From contig JBBQEB010000018.1 of assembly GCA_038320275.1 (NCBI GenBank), forward strand, positions 1 through 35,263: a DNA stretch of 35,263 nucleotides. The letters run 5' to 3'. Within the stretch, counting starts at the first letter, position 1; each line of letters opens with the position of its first letter. Shown here in pieces: positions 32,279 to 35,263 of the stretch. The notes beneath the pieces were generated by a model. It searched no databases. It had not been told where the DNA came from and worked only from the letters and a program-made list of their open reading frames with translations. The DNA comes from Myxococcales bacterium. GTDB taxonomy: Bacteria; Myxococcota; Myxococcia; Myxococcales; Anaeromyxobacteraceae. Position numbers and translations under genes: made by a program.

Positions 32279-33268
32279 TCAGGAGCCCCGGGCCGGCCCG
32301 CGGGCGACCACGCGGACGAGCAGCCGCGCCAAGGTGTTGAGGAGCAGGGAGAGGCCGAAGAGGACGAGGGCCAGCCCGGCCAGCGCGCCCACGTGCACGG
32401 CGCCGGTGGCCTCGGCGAACTCGTTCGCGATGACGGCGGGGAGCGTGTAGCCAGCGGCGAAGAGCGAGGCGTGGATCTCGGGCGAGTTCCCGATCACCAT
32501 GGTGACGGCCATCGTCTCGCCCAGGGCGCGGCCGAGGCCGAGCAGCGCAGCGCCCAGGATGCCTGGCTTCGCGTAGGGGAGCACCGCCATCCGGATGGCC
32601 TCCCAGCGCGTCGCGCCGAGCGCGAGGGCCCCCTCCCGCAGCGCGGACGGCACCGTCTTCAGCACCTCGCCCGTCACCGAGGTGATGGTGGGCAGGATCA
32701 TGACCGCCAGGATCATCCCCGCGGCGAGATAGCCGAGGCCGATGGGCGCTCCCCGGAAGATGGGGAGGAAGCCGAGCGTCCTCGCGAGCGCCGGCTCGAC
32801 GTGGTCGCGCAGGAGCGGCACCAGGACGAAGAGCCCCCACAGCCCGTAAACCACGCTGGGGATGGCGGCGAGCGTCTCGATGGCAAACGACACCAGCGGC
32901 CGGAGCCTCGCCGGCCCCATTTCGGAGAGGAACAGGGCGAGTCCCACCGAGACCGGAAGCGCGACCGCGAGGGCGATGGCGCTCGTCACGAGCGTGCCGT
33001 ACACGAACGGCAGCGCGCCGAAGGAGCCGGCGACGGGATCCCAGCTCGAGTCGCCCAGGAAGTGAAACACCCCGCCGGCGAGGGCGGGACGTGCAGCCTG
33101 GGCGAGCTCGATCACGACGACGCCCACCACGGCCAGGACGCCGCCGCCCAGGATCGCGAGCGCGGCGGCCCAGACCTTGTCGCCCTTGCCGCCCCCGCCG
33201 AGCGGGCGCCGCTCCACCCGAGGTGGGAGCAGCGGCGCCGTTGCGGCGAGGTCAGTGGGAGGAGGCAA
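32279..33268 (-). CDS. pstC: Phosphate ABC permease
   Basis: 'WDP...FGALPFVYGT', 'IPSVVYGLWG', 'LGRALGETMAV'. Start approximate (TTG 33268 overlapping the pstS end). Confidence 0.95.
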   Translation of the reverse strand: MPPPTDLAATAPLLPPRVERRPLGGGGKGDKVWAAALAILGGGVLAVVGVVVIELAQAARPALAGGVFHFLGDSSWDPVAGSFGALPFVYGTLVTSAIALAVALPVSVGLALFLSEMGPARLRPLVSFAIETLAAIPSVVYGLWGLFVLVPLLRDHVEPALARTLGFLPIFRGAPIGLGYLAAGMILAVMILPTITSVTGEVLKTVPSALREGALALGATRWEAIRMAVLPYAKPGILGAALLGLGRALGETMAVTMVIGNSPEIHASLFAAGYTLPAVIANEFAEATGAVHVGALAGLALVLFGLSLLLNTLARLLVRVVARGPARGS

Positions 33269-34280
33269 AGGAGACCGGCTTTCCCTGGACGGTGATGGTC
33301 TTCAGCTTGCGAGAGACCGCCTCCACCACCGGCGCGGGGAGCGGCGCGTAATCCAGCGGGGCGGCCGCCGCCTGACCGTCGTGCACCGCCCACCAGAGGA
33401 ACCGGACGAGGGACTCGCCCTTCACGGCGTCCTTCTGCTCGGCGTACACGAGCAGGTAGGTGAAGGCGGCGATGGGGTACGACGCCTTGCCGGCCGGGTC
33501 GGTGATCGACACCCGGAAGTCGTCCGGAAGCTTGGCGCCCGCCGCCGCGGAGGAGGTGCTCTCGATGGAGGGCGAGACGAAGGCGCCCTCGCGATTCTTC
33601 AGCGCGGCCATGGGGAGCTTGTTCTGGTCTGCGTAGGCGAGCTCCACGTAGCCCACCGCGCCGGGCGTGCTCTTCACGAGGCCGGTGACGCCCTCGTTGC
33701 CCTTCGCGCCGAGCCCGGCCGGCCACTTGACGCTCTTGCCCGCGCCCACCGCGCTCTTCCACTCCGGCGAGACCTTGGCCAGGTAGTCGGTGAAGATGCT
33801 GGTCGTCCCCGAGCCGTCCGAGCGGTGCACCACCGTCACCGCGGTGTCCGGAAGGATCAAGCCGGCGTTGTCCTTCGCGATGGCGGGGTCGTTCCACTTC
33901 AGGATCTTGCCCATGAAGAGCCCAGCCAGCGTCTCGGGAGTGAGCTTCAGCCCCTGCAACGGCACGTTGTAGGTCACGACCACCGCCCCGAGCACGGTCG
34001 GGATGTGCAAGAGGCCGGGGGCCTTCGAGAGCTCCTCGTCGGTGAGCGGCGCGTCCGAGGCGCCGAACTCCACCGTGCGCTCGGTGATCTGCTTGATGCC
34101 GCCCCCTGAGCCGATCGACTGGTAGTTGAAGTGCTGCCCAGGGTTCTTCTTCGCATAGTCGCTGAACCACTTCGAGTAGATGGGAAACGGGAAGGTGGCG
34201 CCGGCGCCGGTGATGAGCAGGTCGCCGGCCTGCGCGGCGAAGGCCGCCAGGAGGACTGCCGCTGCAAAGGTCCTTTTCAT
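33252..34280 (-). CDS. pstS: Phosphate-binding protein
   Basis: Signal peptide; 'GAGATFP', 'YQSIGSGGG', 'FGASD', 'HRSDGSGTT', 'GAKGNEGV'. Confidence 0.97.
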   Translation of the reverse strand: MKRTFAAAVLLAAFAAQAGDLLITGAGATFPFPIYSKWFSDYAKKNPGQHFNYQSIGSGGGIKQITERTVEFGASDAPLTDEELSKAPGLLHIPTVLGAVVVTYNVPLQGLKLTPETLAGLFMGKILKWNDPAIAKDNAGLILPDTAVTVVHRSDGSGTTSIFTDYLAKVSPEWKSAVGAGKSVKWPAGLGAKGNEGVTGLVKSTPGAVGYVELAYADQNKLPMAALKNREGAFVSPSIESTSSAAAGAKLPDDFRVSITDPAGKASYPIAAFTYLLVYAEQKDAVKGESLVRFLWWAVHDGQAAAAPLDYAPLPAPVVEAVSRKLKTITVQGKPVSFASSH

Positions 34281-34290
34281 GCGGGACGGT

Positions 34291-34331
34291 GTAACCGCGG
34301 CGCGTGACGGTCCCGTGACGGAGGGGTGACG
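34291..34331 (-). promoter_or_regulatory. Pho-box-like array upstream of pstS
   Basis: Three CGTCAC direct repeats on the minus strand at exact 11-bp spacing (GTGAC at 34304, 34315, 34326 on +), plus GTTAC 13 bp further; matches the 11-bp CTGTCA(T/C) period of PhoB boxes. Confidence 0.8.
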
Positions 34332-34356
34332 TCTTCCGGCTACCCCCCACGTGCCC

Positions 34357-35263
34357 TCACCCTTCAGTCAGTCGCACCCAGAAGCGGGTGCCGGCCGTTC
34401 CGCTCTCCACGCCCACCTCTCCGCCCTGGGCCTGGGCGAGGTGCTTCACGATTGCGAGTCCGAGCCCGGTCCCTCCCTGCTCACGCGAGCGCCCCGGGTC
34501 TGCCCGGTAGAAGCGCTCGAAGATGCGGGACAGGTGGTGAGCCTCGATGCCGGGCCCCGTGTCGCGGACCGCGAGGACGACCCCTTCCGGCGAGGCCGCA
34601 GCCGAGAGCTCGACCTCGCCGGTGGGCGTGTACTTCACCGCGTTGTCGACGAGGTTCACCAGCACCTGTTCCAGCGCGCGCACATCCGCGGTGACGGCGA
34701 GCTCCTGCGGCACGCTGGCGAAGAGCCGCAAGCCCTTGGCCGCCGCGCGCTCGGCGTGCAGCTCCAGCACGCCGCGGGCGAGTGGCGCCAGCTCCACGCG
34801 CCCGAGCTGCATGGCCCACTGGCCCGACTCGATCCGCGAGAGATCGAGGAGATCGGAGGTGAGCCGCGAGAGCCTGTCGGCGTGCCGCGCGATCATCTCC
34901 ACGAAGCGGCGCGCGGTGGGAGGGTCCTCCAGCACGGGCCCGAGCAGCGTCTCCGCGGCCGCCCGCACCGCCGAGATGGGGGTGCGCAGCTCGTGGCTGG
35001 CGTTCGCGACGAAGTCGCGCCGGGTGGCGGCGGCGCGCCGGGCCGAGGTCACGTCGCGAAGGACGAGGAGCACCTCCCCCCGCAGGAGCGGCGCGGCGCG
35101 CGCGTCGAGGATCCGGCGAGGCGCCTGGAGCGTGAGCTCGAGCTGCCGGCCCGTCCCCTCGACCGCCCTGCGCACCGCCTCCGCCAGCTCCGGCGAGCGG
35201 ACGATCTCGAGCGGCGAGAGCCCGGCCGCCTTGCCACCCGGCGCCAGCCGCTCGAAGGCGGGG
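34357..35263 (-). CDS. phoR: PhoR-like sensor histidine kinase, 5'-truncated by the window edge
   Basis: PAS remnant, 'RRDFVANASHELRTP', 'NLVDNAVKY', 'DTGPGI', 'IFERFYR', 'GGTGLGL'; frame open to the window end; upstream of pstS. Confidence 0.88.
   Translation of the reverse strand, partial: PAFERLAPGGKAAGLSPLEIVRSPELAEAVRRAVEGTGRQLELTLQAPRRILDARAAPLLRGEVLLVLRDVTSARRAAATRRDFVANASHELRTPISAVRAAAETLLGPVLEDPPTARRFVEMIARHADRLSRLTSDLLDLSRIESGQWAMQLGRVELAPLARGVLELHAERAAAKGLRLFASVPQELAVTADVRALEQVLVNLVDNAVKYTPTGEVELSAAASPEGVVLAVRDTGPGIEAHHLSRIFERFYRADPGRSREQGGTGLGLAIVKHLAQAQGGEVGVESGTAGTRFWVRLTEG

Noticed and set aside
1..35263. Prophage, IS, integron, defence island, tRNA or rRNA
   Set aside because: No integrase, transposase, phage or recognisable defence proteins, no visible compositional shift, and no intergenic gap with tRNA or rRNA features.

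Overview
A uniformly very high-GC, gene-dense stretch of bacterial chromosome. Gene content and protein styles suggest an Anaeromyxobacter-like Myxococcota (inference). In order: a PAS-histidine kinase running off the left edge whose H-box lacks the His; recA; a HAMP-like membrane protein; fmt-rsmB-rpe; a coupled DUF429-like / UDG-family / RlpA trio; a single-domain response regulator; prolyl oligopeptidase; msrPQ; an alpha/beta hydrolase; a TPAT-type TRAP system (tatT-tatP divergent from fused dctQM); a minus-strand run of SAM methyltransferase, sphingomyelin/IPC-synthase-like protein, DUF6311 and a second GT-C-like membrane protein; a multi-hairpin REP-like element; an ABC-F ATPase; a lipoprotein coupled to an RlmL-like methyltransferase; an SsuBCA-like ABC importer; a PAP2 phosphatase; and phoR(partial)-pstSCAB-phoU with a Pho-box-like repeat array. 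I found no tRNA, rRNA, CRISPR, transposase or phage gene. The best leads are the SMS-like + two GT-C-like lipid cluster, the His-less kinase, a probable CTG start for rlpA, the triloop hairpin element, and several apparently leaderless genes. All family calls come from motif recognition by eye; no searches were run.
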